Shown here: one piece after another, positions 49,248 through 62,849 of the stretch
Layout of the letters: every line of letters starts with the position of its first letter
Position numbering within the stretch: position 1 is the first letter of the stretch
From: Rhizophagus irregularis
Lineage: Eukaryota
Assembly (NCBI RefSeq): GCF_026210795.1
Contig: NC_089430.1
Location: 620,001-684,000 of the forward strand
Length of the DNA: 64,000 nt
Direction: 5' to 3'
The notes under the pieces: generated by a model
Database searches by the model: none
What the model was told of the DNA's origin: nothing
Seen by the model: only the letters and a program-made list of their open reading frames with translations
Made by a program: the position numbers and the translations under genes

Positions 49248-50786
49248 TTATATGCCTTCATAAACACCATGTATATTATCAAATTCCGTTATTTTAACCC
49301 CTTTAGCTTTAATACTATTCAATAACATTGATTCCTCATCATCCCATTGTCTATTCAAATTAATCAAACCAAGAATTTTTAAACTATTGTTACTTCTTTC
49401 AATATAATTTAAAACAACTTTAAGAAAGTCTAACTTAATAACGTTATTCAAACTAATTATTTCAAACTTATTATGACAATTTTTTAAAAATTCCTTGAAT
49501 TGGAAATTCTTATCACGATTATAGTAATAATAAATAGAAATTTTACTAATATTAATAGGTATATTATTTGATAAATTTATAAAAAATTCAGCATCATATG
49601 TAAAAATATAAAAATTTAATATTCTTGTTCTTAAATTTCTAAAAAATGGTAACACTAAACGATTAAAACTTAAATAAGTTCTTATTTCTAAAAAAATAAG
49701 ATTTGAACAATACATTGATATATTTTCAATAGAAAGAATTGTCGGATTTCTAATTAATAATCTTTGTAATGATGCACCTAAATATTTGATCATTAATGAT
49801 GTGACATTAGCATCCCAACTAATGCGTACAAATGATAATTCCTTGAGCTTAAATTGAGCAAATTTTAAAATCTCACATTGATCTAATGATATACCTTCAC
49901 AATTATCAAATCTTAAATACTTCAAATTATATAAATTATTAAAACTTTTTAAACTAGCATTACTAAAGTTAGAATTTGTGAATTCAATATTAACTAAAGA
50001 ATTCTTTTGAAATTCTAAAGACAAAAGAATATTATTTAATAAAGAATGACAATCCAATATCTTAAATTTTTTAAGTTTGTTTTGCTCTTGAATAATTGTA
50101 CAAATCTTTTCAAAAGTAGTAATATCGACAAAATTTTTATAAAGATTAATTATTAATTCTCGCAAATTATTCGCCATATTACTTAAAAATTCTTGTTCAA
50201 TTTTATTATTACTAGTTGTGCCATTTAAATTTAATGATAACGAATTTAATTTTGTTAAATTTGATGTGAAATTTTTAACATTGAAATTTTTAAACGCTTC
50301 TCCATAAAATAAATATGTCGAAATATCTAATTGTTTGATGTTTTTACTTTGACGTAAAATTGATTGATGAAATATTGGAATAATATCATATACTTTATTA
50401 TAAGGAATCAATAAACCTGAACAACATCTTACAAGACAACTATCAATTACGTTATCTATTGTAACATAATCATAGTTTTCCAAATATTTCGGATATTCAA
50501 ATAATGGTTTGCATTCTTCATCCAAATTAATATTATTAATTTGGTTTAGTTCTAGTTTATTTTTCAATTGTAAAATTTCTTCTTTATTAAAACATAAAAT
50601 TAAGGTCGTGATTATCGAGTACTTTTCTTCAGTTATATTTATAAAAGGATTTGCATAAAGTAAAGGAATCGTTGATTTACACCAAAATCGATTAACTAAT
50701 AAACAATTAAATAAAGTTGAATGATTATTTTTAAGATGTTGTAAAATGTAAAAAATACAATCATCTGTTAAATAAGGTAAAGTCAT
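49248..50786 (-). CDS. F-box-like / LRR (RNI-like) protein, paralogue 1 (512 aa)
   Basis: LPYLTDDCIFYIL...CLLVNRFWCKSTIPLLYANPF N-terminus; LxxLxL repeats; intact single exon. Confidence 0.85.
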   Translation of the reverse strand: MTLPYLTDDCIFYILQHLKNNHSTLFNCLLVNRFWCKSTIPLLYANPFINITEEKYSIITTLILCFNKEEILQLKNKLELNQINNINLDEECKPLFEYPKYLENYDYVTIDNVIDSCLVRCCSGLLIPYNKVYDIIPIFHQSILRQSKNIKQLDISTYLFYGEAFKNFNVKNFTSNLTKLNSLSLNLNGTTSNNKIEQEFLSNMANNLRELIINLYKNFVDITTFEKICTIIQEQNKLKKFKILDCHSLLNNILLSLEFQKNSLVNIEFTNSNFSNASLKSFNNLYNLKYLRFDNCEGISLDQCEILKFAQFKLKELSFVRISWDANVTSLMIKYLGASLQRLLIRNPTILSIENISMYCSNLIFLEIRTYLSFNRLVLPFFRNLRTRILNFYIFTYDAEFFINLSNNIPINISKISIYYYYNRDKNFQFKEFLKNCHNKFEIISLNNVIKLDFLKVVLNYIERSNNSLKILGLINLNRQWDDEESMLLNSIKAKGVKITEFDNIHGVYEGI

Positions 50787-53700
50787 CTTGAAAATTTTAG
50801 GAAGGAAAGAAAGTTTTTTACGGAGTATCGGAGTAAATAAGTCATTATAAGCCTAATTTTGGATATCACACGGTTGTACATAAATTTTGTAACATTCAGG
50901 TAAACCCTGTAATAGGTGACACACTGACACTACCGTAATGATTTTCTCCAAATTTTCTTCGTTATGTATTTATATCAAGTTGAACTTCGGTTGTACAATA
51001 ATTTGTAGTAATAATTGATATTCAGTAAATGATAAAATCATATATGGCTATAGCCGCTTTGTCCGATTAACATGTTGGCCCGGAGAATAAAACATAGCAG
51101 ACATGAAAAATAGTTCGTAAAAACAGGTCGATCTTTTTTGATGAGGCCTTGTCAATATTTATACTGTACGTCTGTCAAATTTAATACTGCCCATATATCA
51201 ATTATTTTTTTTGTATAGAATTAAACGGCAATCCCGATTCTTAGATAAATTATAAATGAATTTTTTTGATATAAGTAGCCTCTTGTAACGATAGAAAAAA
51301 TGTGTCCTGTAATTAATAAAATTGATATTTTTACCGACTGTTCTCTAAGCTATCTTATTGTACCATTCGTATATAATTTGAATTTCCAACTTAAATTTAT
51401 CATTTCCTTATTGTTAACCGATTTGTGTATATTTTCGTTGGGGATTGGTCGCTACAACAGGCGCGCCGAGAGAGACAGTATCAACAGATAATTCGAAGAA
51501 TTTTAATACAACTCGTTAATTTTATCCCTCTATAACTTTTCGTTTATCGCCCGTTTCTAGTGGTAACAATATATAGGGTTTGGATAATTCTTTTATTGCT
51601 AATATTATCATAATTATTTAATATATCTCCACCGTATAATATGTAATTTAATTGGATAAAAATAGATTATATTTTAATGACTTGAGATCTTTGGTGTCGA
51701 TCAATAAGTCCGATAAATAATTAACATAAAAATATATTGAAATTAAAATATCGATTATAGAATCAACTATTTTTTTTTTTAAATTTTTACAAATAAGTCA
51801 GTCGAGTCCATTATTTAACTATAAATCATCAATACACAGATGATTTACTGTATGTGATTTAATAATATATGATCACCTGAGTGGGATGAGCGTGCATTTA
51901 ATCACATGCACATGTCTTCTGCAAAAACTGGAATAAGAATATTTTATTTAGTATAAAAACAATTGCCTATTTACAACTTGTAGGGGTAATAGCCACCGGT
52001 CCTAAAAGACTGCGGATCTCTTGGTCCTACATTTCAAAAAAAAAAGAAATGTATTAATTTATTTAATAAAAAATTACATCACTAGACGAACTTACCTTTC
52101 AAAAAAAAAACTCTGGTTCGAGGTCTATCCAATTATCAAAATAAAAAAATAATCTGTTTAAATAATATAAAAGACAAAAAAGTTGTTACGCAAAATTTAT
52201 CTCTTCATCTAAAACCTTCTAAATAAAAATTTCAACAAAACAAAAAAAATGGGATGTAAAGCTCACAACCGAATTACTAATAAAAGAGGAAATCCAAATA
52301 ACAGATTCTAAAGAATGAAAATCCTACCTTGCTAAAAAAGATGTGAAAATGAAATCAGAGGTTCTACTGCGCCGCGACCGACCGATGACGGCAGTATGAC
52401 GGCCAATGACACCCACTCAGGCGCAGTGGGTGCCTTTGCTCTGAGCAATAACTTATTCGGATTAGATCAGCATATAAAAAGATTCTTTTTTTTTGCCTTC
52501 TGCCATATACCTATTTATATATTTGCTTGGAGCTACGCCAATGTCGGTGTATAGCAAGATCAATTTATGAAGGAATTGTTTTTTTTCCGTACAGCAGAAA
52601 TTATTCAAAATTTAAAAAAATTTTTCATAAAGAAATTCTTGGTTCAACATAAATAAATTATAATAATTAAACTTCCTGCATGAAAAACTTTTGTATAGAT
52701 ATTGTCTGCTACCGTGATCCATTTAGAAGGAAAAAAAGTTTAATTATTCATGCATCTACTGGAATATTCATTCCGAGATGCAAAATATCTTCTTGACCCT
52801 GTGCGATACTCCTTCTTAACATAGTCTACTATATATAAAATAATATGTGCGAATCAAGTCAGTAACACAAGGAGGGTTCTAAGATACTCACACGTCACAT
52901 TTTACGCCTCGGAAATGATTTAACTTATTCGGATTAGATCAGCATAGAAGTATTACTGTCGGGCGTATATGTCATCAATTCTATGAAAATTCTTGGTGTG
53001 ACTTTAAATGAATTATAAATATCGAGTTTTGTTAAATCGGACAATAATTTTAATATTTCTTACCCGACTTATAATTATGTAATATACCGTTTATTGCTAC
53101 AAATTATTTTTTAAATCTAAATTTGTAGTGTAGCGATAAAGTCGTTATACTACAAACGATTTAATTTTTTAAAATTACTTCTAGTGGACAAAATCATATT
53201 TGTTACACTTTTACATTCTTTAATTTTCGTAAATATACTTGTAATTTAAAATTTTGATCGAATTCTATCATATAAAGCGTTCAAATATTTTAAATCTAAA
53301 TTTGTAGCATAGCGATAAAGTCGTTATAAACGACGTTTCTTCACATCATCACACTTAGTTTAACACTTATTTTCCCGTTATATTTCGCATACATAATTAC
53401 ACTTATGATTACATACGTTTATCATCACACTCGTTTGGCAAATATATTGAATTATTTCCCGTTATACTTACATACTTCACAATTTCCAAATCGGTCTGAT
53501 TTATATAGATCAAATTTCAATTTTTTCTTACTTGAGGTAAATTATATTTTAATATTGGCTGTATTAAATTATATAATGGGTTTGGTAAACTCAAAATCCC
53601 AAGGTACAGTACATTATCCCGACACTAAATCCGAAACGTCAAAATCCCGAATTGCCATAATCCCGATGACACTTCATAAGCTTTATTGTTAAAGCTGTTA

Positions 53701-54606
53701 AGGAATAGATTGTTAACAAAAACTTAACAGTTCAACAAGTAATTAAAACAAGCGGACGTACTTCTTGCTTTTTATACTTATTTGTCATAATAATAAACAG
53801 GGTACATATAAATAAACTTTTTTCATAAAATGTATAGACTTTGATTAATTTAATAAAAGCATTCCATTTGGAGAAAGATTTGAACTTCAAGAATATTCTT
53901 TCCAGATGTAAAAATTACCTTCTTGACCCTTTACTATTCGCCTTCTTAACCTACTATATGTAAAACAATATGTGCGAGTTAGAAACTTCTAAGATACTCA
54001 CTACATGAAATTTTACTTACGTCACTTTACGCCTCATTCAAAAATGGAATGATTTGAATTGAGCACTTACTATAGAATAAATATCAGTAACATAATGTCT
54101 TAATCGTAGAAAAATCTTAAACTAATCAACAACAAATATGTCCTAATATAATACTCCTGTACGTCTTATTAAATCTAGAATTTTTTATTGGACAAAATCA
54201 TATTTGTTACAATTTTACATTTATTAATTTATCGTAAAGAAATCACACTCGAATTAAAATTTAAATTGAATACACAATTTTTTTTTAAGAACGTTTCGAC
54301 GTTTATCTTATTACATCCTGTTTGATATATACTTGTATTTTTGAATTATTTATAGATTATTGTGGTCAGTGATTATTACACTTATCACAATTATCACAAT
54401 AGAAAACATCGTTAGTATGATATCGGTTGGACGCCTAATGAACAAATATTGAGATTAGTAAAATCTTTAAATATCAAAACTGATTTAAATTCAACGAGTG
54501 TAACAAAATATAAAAATTTGGCTTTATTTATAAGAAAATAAAAATAATAAACAAAAACAAATAAACCCTAAAGTTAAATATTAACCTATAAACCCTAATA
54601 CTAATA

Positions 54607-56136
54607 TTATATGCCTTTATAAACACCATATAAATTATTAAATTCCATTATTTTAATCCCTTTAGCTTTAATACTATTAAATAACATTAATTCCTCATCA
54701 TTCAAATTTTTATTCAATTTCTTCATACCAAGAATTTTTAAACTATTATCACTTCTTTCAATATAATTTAAAACAAGTTTAAGAGAGTTTAACTCAATAA
54801 TACAATTTAAATTAATTACTTCAAACTTATTATGACAATTATCTAAAAATTCCCTAAATCTGAAATACTTATTAGAATTATGATAATAAATAGAAATTTT
54901 ACTAATATTAATAGGGATATTATTTGATAAATTTACAAGAAATTTATTATTATATGTAATAACACTAAGATTTAATATTCTTGTTCTTAAATTTCTAAAA
55001 AATGGTAACGCTGAACAATTAAAATGGGTATCAATTCTTATTTTTAAAAAAATAAGATTTGAACAATACATTGATATATTTTCAATAGAAGAAATTGTCG
55101 GATTTCTAATTAATAATCTTTTTAATGATGCACCTAAATATTTGATCATTAATGATGTGACATTAGCATCCCAACTATTTCGTGCAAATGATATTTCCTT
55201 GAGCTTAAATGGAACAAAATTTAAAATCTCACATTGATCTAATAATATACCTTTACAAGTTACAAATCTCAAATACTTCAAATTATATAAATTATTGAAA
55301 CTTTTTAAATTAGCATTACTAAAATTAGTATTTATAAATTCAATATTAACTAAAGAATTCTTTTGAATTTCTAAAGATAAAAGAATATTATTTAATAAAG
55401 AATAACAATTCGTTATCTTAAATCTTTTAAGTTTGTTTTGCTCTCGAATAATTGTACAAATCTTTTCAAAAGTAGTAATTTCGACAAAATTATTGGAAAA
55501 ATCAATTATTAATTCTTGTAAATTATTTGCTATATTGCTTAAAAATTCTTGTTCAAATTTATTACTAATTCCATCAAAATCTAATGATAATGAATTTAAT
55601 TTTGTTAAATTTGATGTGAAATTTTTAACATTAAAATTTTTAAACGTTTCACTATAAAATAAAGATGACGAAATATCTAATTTTTTGATGTTTTTACTTT
55701 GACGTAAAATTGATTGATGAAATATTGGAATACTATCATATATTTTAATATTAGAAATTGATAAACCTGAACAATATTTTATAAAACAACTATCAATTAC
55801 GTAATCTATTTTAAAATAATCATAGTTTTCCAAATATTTCAGATATTCAAATAATGGTTTGTATTCTTCATCCAAATTAATATTATTAATCTGGTTTATT
55901 TCTAGTTGATTCTTCAATTGTAAAATTTCTTCTTTATTAAAACAAAAAATTAAGGTCGTGATTATCGAGTAATTTTCTTCAGTTATATTTATAAAAGGAT
56001 TTGCATAAAGTAAAGGAATCGTTGATTTACACCAAAATCTATTAACTAATAAACAATTAAATAAAATTGAACGATTATTTTTAAGATGTTGTAAAATGTA
56101 AAAAATACAATCATCTGTTAAATAAGGTAAAGTCAT
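54607..56136 (-). CDS. F-box-like / LRR (RNI-like) protein, paralogue 2 (509 aa)
   Basis: Colinear and highly similar to 49248-50786; flanks are also duplicated. Confidence 0.85.
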   Translation of the reverse strand: MTLPYLTDDCIFYILQHLKNNRSILFNCLLVNRFWCKSTIPLLYANPFINITEENYSIITTLIFCFNKEEILQLKNQLEINQINNINLDEEYKPLFEYLKYLENYDYFKIDYVIDSCFIKYCSGLSISNIKIYDSIPIFHQSILRQSKNIKKLDISSSLFYSETFKNFNVKNFTSNLTKLNSLSLDFDGISNKFEQEFLSNIANNLQELIIDFSNNFVEITTFEKICTIIREQNKLKRFKITNCYSLLNNILLSLEIQKNSLVNIEFINTNFSNANLKSFNNLYNLKYLRFVTCKGILLDQCEILNFVPFKLKEISFARNSWDANVTSLMIKYLGASLKRLLIRNPTISSIENISMYCSNLIFLKIRIDTHFNCSALPFFRNLRTRILNLSVITYNNKFLVNLSNNIPINISKISIYYHNSNKYFRFREFLDNCHNKFEVINLNCIIELNSLKLVLNYIERSDNSLKILGMKKLNKNLNDEELMLFNSIKAKGIKIMEFNNLYGVYKGI

Positions 56137-56297
56137 TTTGAAAATTTAGGAAGGAAAGAAAGTTTTTTTACGGAGTATCGGAGTAAATAAGTCATTATAA
56201 GCCTAATTTTGGATATCACACGGTTGTACATAAATTTTGTAACATTCAAGTGAACCCTGTAATAGGTAACACTACCTGCTACCGTAATGATTTTCTC

Positions 56298-56451
56298 TGT
56301 TGTAGACCAAATCAAACCATGTCCCAAACCTTACCATCGGCCTAAATTAGGAGATCATCGTTGGTACAGTCTTAAGGCATTATTAGATTGGGCCGATAAT
56401 TTAGACCGATGGTAAGGTTTGGAACGACATAGTCAAGTTTGGTCTACAACA
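56298..56451. mobile_element. Palindromic MITE with TGT..ACA ends and a 4-bp TSD (Ginger-like signature)
   Basis: TCTC|TGTTGTAGACCAAA ... TTTGGTCTACAACA|TCTC; the empty site ATTTTCTCCAAA is present in the paralogous copy at ~50941. Confidence 0.85.
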
Positions 56452-58571
56452 TCTCCAAAATTTTCTCGTTATGTATTATATCAAGTTGAACTTCGGTTCT
56501 ACAATAATTCGTAACAGACATGAAAATTAGTTCTTACTATTATATTTCGTAAAAACAGGCCGATCTTTTTTTGATGAGACCTCGTCAATATTATTTATAC
56601 TGTACATCTTGTACAGTACATCTGTCAAATTTAATACTGCCCATATATCAACTATTTTTCTTGTATAGAATTAAACAGCAATCCCACATCTTAGATGAAT
56701 TATAGATGAATTTTTTTTATATAAGTAACGATAGAAAAAATATGTCCTGTAGTTAATTAATAAAATTGATATTTTTACCGATTGTTCTCTAAGCTATCTT
56801 ATTGCACTATTCGTATATAATTTGAATTTCCAACTCAAATTTATCCTTTCCTAAAAATCATTGTATTGTTAACCGATTTGTGTATATTTTCTTCGGGTTT
56901 GGAACTGGCCGCTACAGACGCGCCGAGAGAGCAGTATCAGCAGATAATCTCTTATAACTTTTCTTTTATCACCCTTTTCCGGTGGTAGCAATATCTAAAG
57001 TTTGGCTAATTCTTTTATTGTCAATATCATCATAATTATTTAATATATTTCCAACGTATAATATGTAATTTAATTTATAAAAATAGAAATAATAACTATA
57101 TATACTATATTTTAATGACTTGTCGATCAATAAGTACGATACTTTATTTAATTAACATAAAAATATTTTCAAATTAAAATATCGAATCAACTGATTTTTT
57201 TTTACATCATCCAATTTCTCTAAATCCAAATTTCAATGATTTTTTTTAATTGAGATTAATTGATTCAGTCGAGTCCATTATTTATCTATAAATGATTTAA
57301 GTGATTTAATAATACAATTTTCTACAATAATTTTGTATATTTTTTTTTCTTTCAGTTAGCGGCTGAATTTTAATTGGATAACGACAGTAAACCATGATTG
57401 TATTAATGCAGATGAAGATGAATTGGGCCGTTCCTAATTTTTTGTGGCGCAGTAGAATCGTTAGTTCAACAGCGTAACCTGATCAAAATTTCACTATCAC
57501 GTGACTTTGGACCGCATTACGACATTATGCACTAACGTGTGAAAATAAACAATGACGAATAATATAAGCTTTTGCCCACTCGAAAAAAACTAAGTCCCTC
57601 AGATAAATATAGTTTGGGTGAACAGTAGAGGGTGTGATTCCTGTGATGAATATTTTTCACTTTCTCGTGATAGTGAAAATTTGATGGTGTTACTGGGGAA
57701 AATAAAAAACTTTATGCACGAAAAATCACGTGACATTTTTCATCACCGGCGTCCTTTCCATTTTTCATAAGTGTCTTGGAGTAACAAAATCCTACTCGTC
57801 ACGCACTATCCGTCACATATGCGCCACACTTCAAGTTGCGTAATTTCGAGACATTTTTTTCAGGTTAGTTAACCGAACAACGTTCGGTCCATAACCAGCC
57901 AATCTTCTTTTCTTTTAGGCAAATTCTTCGATTTCACTTTCACATCTTTTTTTAGCCAGGTAGCATTTTTCATTCTTTAGAATCTTTAGGTTATTTGGAT
58001 GTCCTCTTTCACTAGCAATTCGGTTATGGTGAGCTTTTTATGGTGGTTTCCTTTTTTTGTTTTGTTGAAATTTTATTTAAAAATTTTTAGATGATGAGAT
58101 AAATTTTGCATAACAGCTTTTTTGTCTTTTATATTATTTAAATTGATTGTTTTTTTATTTTGATAATTGGATAGACTTCGAACCAGAGATTTTGAAATTT
58201 TTTTTTTTTGAAAGGTAAGTTCGTCTAGTGATGTAATTTTTTATTAAATAAATTAAGACATTTCCTTTTTTTTTTGAAATGTAGGACCACAATCTTTTAG
58301 GACCGGTGACTATTACCCCTACAAGTTGTGAATAGGAACAAATTGGTACAATTCTCATTCCAGTTTTTGCAGAATACATGTGCATGTGATTAAATAAATG
58401 TTGCTCTGGGCAATAACTTATTCAGCATATAAAACGATTCTATAGAATTCTTTTTTTTCCCTATGCAATATACATAAAAAGCAAACAAGAAATGTGTAAA
58501 TCGTTCCTTTTTTGGATAATGCAGACTGGCATTGCCCTTGAAGATGATGCATAGAGCTAATAGTAACTATA

Positions 58572-59820
58572 TCCCTATAAAAAAAAAATGTCCAGTTTTT
58601 GTTCAGAAATCGTCCGCCTATATTTTCCGGACAAAAACAGGATCTATAAACATCCGGAATATTGCAATATTCCGGACATTCATAAATAAGGAATTCGTCC
58701 AGTTTTTGCCATATATTTGTCCGTCATTTGTCCAAATTTTGATTATTCATAAATAAGTAATTTGCTTATATGATTTACTTTATAGTTTTTTTAGCAGTAT
58801 TATTTATTTATTCAAATTAAAAGCATAACAATAAAAATCATAGACTATTTATTATATTATAAAAAAAATAACTTTATTATAAATTAATCAATTAATACGA
58901 TATGCCTCCATTAATATTATAATCTACTTTCATTAAAATTAAGATACAAGTAATTTTAACCTTGCTGAATAATTTTACTTAAGCATAAAAGAGTAGTTTC
59001 ATTTGAATAAAGTGATGAACTTACATTCTAAAGTTGGAAAATAGAAAAGTAAAATTTAAAAATTAGTATTCAATTAAAAAATGCAACTTACTCTATGCAT
59101 ATCAGCGGGTTTGTTTCATTACCTATAATTATTGAATTTTGTTATATGAATAAAAATAAATGTTGCGAAGTTAATGCTTAGTATGATGTGCATATAATCC
59201 TAAAAAAAAATTTAAATTTGTCGCAATTTTATTTCTGGCCAGAATTAACATAATTTGGCTGAACTTAATTCTGGCCAAAACTTTATAATATTATTTGCGA
59301 CGGAAAAAAAGAATACAAAAGAATATGTATTCTGTAAAATATATGTTGCGTCATGCTGCGGTCTTTGATAATATTAATGGGTTAACATTAAGTGTAAATA
59401 AAAAATTGATCATCCAATTGCAAAATTGGTTCATATAAACAAAACATGATGACATAATACATATACAATTTAAGAATCATATGTAAGTTTGTATCACACT
59501 TGATTTCAAAAAAAATTTTTTCTAACACTAATTTCAAAATAACAAAATGGAAGAAGATAGTACTTATCCAACAAGTCGTTTTATTAAACTTTATGATAAA
59601 AAAAGAACTTTCTATTACAAAATCATAAAAGAGGGAATATATCCTCTTACCAATCAACTTCATTACACCAGAAATCCAAAACATCCAATTCCTCACAATT
59701 ATATTGTTGAAACTCAATATGGAAAAGCAAACCATATTGTAAAATGTTCAATTAATTATGTGGAAGGAAAACCTTTATTTAAAGTCAACTTTGGAGAAAA
59801 TTTTGCGAAAGATGAATTTT
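58572..59820 (+). mobile_element. Probable left arm of a DNA element with a truncated ORF (59547-59828)
   Basis: CCCTATAAAAAAA start with repeated TCCGG/GTCCA subterminal motifs; the ORF ends where the composition shifts into the next element. Confidence 0.35.
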
Positions 59821-61052
59821 GTGAATAATAAGAAGTTAATAAATGATTGAAAAATTCAAAAGTATTATGAGAAAAAGAAAAGTTATTAGTAATAAACCCG
59901 TAAACTACTATACTTCTATGAAGAAGGTAAAGGCAAGCCCGGTATAGGTTACTAAATAAAAAGAAAATTAAATGATATTATAAATATAAGAAATAATGAA
60001 ATGTTATTATTTGATATATGAAAAATAATTTTATTACAATAAAAGAATAATATGAAAGATTATAAAAGATAATAATGAATTATATGAAATAAATGATGTA
60101 ATAATGATGTAATATAAAAATAAAAAGAAATTGCGTAAGCATGTTGCGTAAACAATATAAAACGTAATAAAATATTTAATTGGAAAGAGAGAACATGAGT
60201 TCAATTACAAAAATGAATAAATAAAATAAAAATTATACTGCGACAAGTCATGTGTTAAAAGCGCAGTAAAAATCATGTGATTAAAACGCAGTAGAAAAAT
60301 AAAATGTTGTACAAATCACGTGAGTAATGTAAATCACGTGATGAAGCGCAGTAAATAAAAGAAATAAGAGAAAGTATAAGTCACGTGATAAGGCGCAGTA
60401 AAAGAAATATATAGCTACCCTTAGGCAGAGGCGACTGATTAATAAAAATATAAATGAATAAGAAAATAATAGAAGAAATAGTTGTGTCGCCAGGGGCGTT
60501 ATGTCAACAGAAATTTTAGTACGTTGATCGCTTAAAAATCCGTGGCTATCCAATTATAATAAGAAAATGTAAATGTATTATAAAATAATATACGAGAAAT
60601 AAAATAATATGAAATAGATTTGAAATAAATATTTTGAAAGTTAATATAAGAAAAAGATTAAAAGTTATTAAAAGTTTAATGTTGTGTATAGAACTGGGAG
60701 AACCCGGTATAAATAAGAGCACACTGGGAGGACCCAGTATAAATAAGCCTTTGTTAATGATCATATTAGTCTGACACTGGGTGGCCCCAGTTATAAATAA
60801 TCCCTAGCTTTGATCACAGTTTATTTGTGCAAGATATAGAAATTTTATAAATAAAATTGCGATTATAGATTATATTATAGAATGTATAGAGAAATTATAG
60901 AATCAAAGCTGGAACTTTGAAAATATTAGAATTTAAATTGTGTTTTAAAGAAGTAAAAGATAAAAATAGTAATTTAAATGATGTTAAGTTAATGATAAAA
61001 TTTTATAAAATATAAATAAAAGTGAAATTATAAAATGTTTAAATAAATAAAA

Positions 61053-62804
61053 ATGTCTGATATATACGATGAATTAGAAGAGATTAAAAGAAGACATGAA
61101 ATAAAGAAACATAATGAATCAAAAGAAGAATATCAAGCAGATCCTTCATGCTTAAAATGTTATAGAACTGATGAAATAGAAATAAGAGATTGGTTTAAAA
61201 GATTTTGGAAAATTTTTCAAAAAGTAATACTGGAAGCAATGAGTTATAATAGAAACACATATACAAAATTAATGGAATATATAGTATTGACAAGAAAGGA
61301 TGGAGAAGAAAGTTATCCATCTAGTAAAAAGAAAAGAAATAAAGAATTTGAGAAAATAAAAAAAGAAGGAGAAAAACTGTTAGATATAGTCGTAAGGTCA
61401 ATTAAGTATAGAAATAAATCAGATTATAGAAAAATAGGAATTATATCAGTAATAAAAGTAATATGTGAACATTATATACTCAGTGAAGATAACGAGTTCA
61501 TATTAGATGATCAAACAGAAGAGAATTTGTTAGGGAATAAAGAATTGTTGATGTATAGATATATAATAGAAGATGATGAATTGGATATAAAATTTGCAAA
61601 ATTTGAAGAATGGTTGGAAGAAATAGAATTAGTAACTATTAAGAATAAAGGATATGGTACTATGAGAAATTTTAAAGAAATATTACATTTAGAAGAAAAT
61701 ATTGCAGAAGAAGAAAATAGAGAGAAAATCAAGAAGTTTCAGAAAAGTATAACATATCAATGGTGGGATGGAAATAAATATCCAAAACCATGGATGAACG
61801 ATGATTTAACAGATAAGATAATAGAGAAAATTGTAGAAACAAAAGGTTTTGTTGAAGAACAAAGTGACGTAGGAGAACTAGAAAGTTCAGATGATGTGGG
61901 AGAATCAAGTTCAAATGAAGGAGACGAACATATAGAAAGAATATACAGAAATTATTGGTTAAAGAATGGTTGTAAAATTGATATTGAAGAAATAAGATGA
62001 ATAATAAATTTTAGAGTAGAATATGAAATAATAAAAACTAAAGAATTTATGAAATTTTACAAAACTATTGAAGAATTAGATGACAAAGGAATAGAAGAAG
62101 AGTTAAGAATATGGCATTATATGTATACAATAGAATGTCCAATGTGTAACAAAATAATATTAAAGAAAGAAGCAATAAAAGCGGTAGAATATAATAAAGA
62201 ATTTATAGAAAGAATATGTAAAAGTTGTTATGAAAAAGAATTAGAAAATGTAGAAGATGAGAATGAATTAGATGATGAAACAGAAATAGAGAAAAAATTA
62301 GAACAGTTAAAAAATCTAATCAAAATTTTAGAAATTTAAGTTTCTGATGGAGAATTATTAAGATTAATAAGTATGGGATATAGAGATGTTGATATATTAA
62401 GTGCAGACTTTATAAGAAAATTTCAAGAATATAAAAATGAAACAGAAAAAGAAATAAGGAAAATATTAGATGAATATTTAAAGAAATTTGAAATTGAAGA
62501 AAGTGAAGAAGAAGTTGAAAAAGAAAATGATGATACAAATGATTCAGAAAAGATTGGAGAAATATTAGATCCAGAAGAACATGAGATTTGGGAAGAAAAT
62601 ACTGAAAGTTTTGATGAGAATGAATTTGAGAGCGAAAATGAAAATGTTATAAATACAGAAGGTTTTAGTTTAAGTCAAAATTCAGACTTGAATAATTCAT
62701 TGAATATTGAAGATTCTGATAGTGAAAGTGAAATATCTGATTATAATTTACAAGATTTATTTCAAGAAAATTTATTATTAAACATGGCAACATACGTTAT
62801 TTAA
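61053..62804 (+). pseudogene. Glu-rich ORF1 of the second gypsy element with in-frame stops
   Basis: ORFs 61053, 62049 and 62373 share one frame; CLKCY and CPMC...CKSC motifs. Confidence 0.65.
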
Positions 62805-62849
62805 TTTTAATATCCTATGGGTGGCGTGTCACATTTTTGGTGCATGCTC

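Noticed and set aside
56133..56327. 64-aa ORF upstream of paralogue 2
   Set aside because: Its ATG lies inside the MITE that is absent from the paralogous copy.
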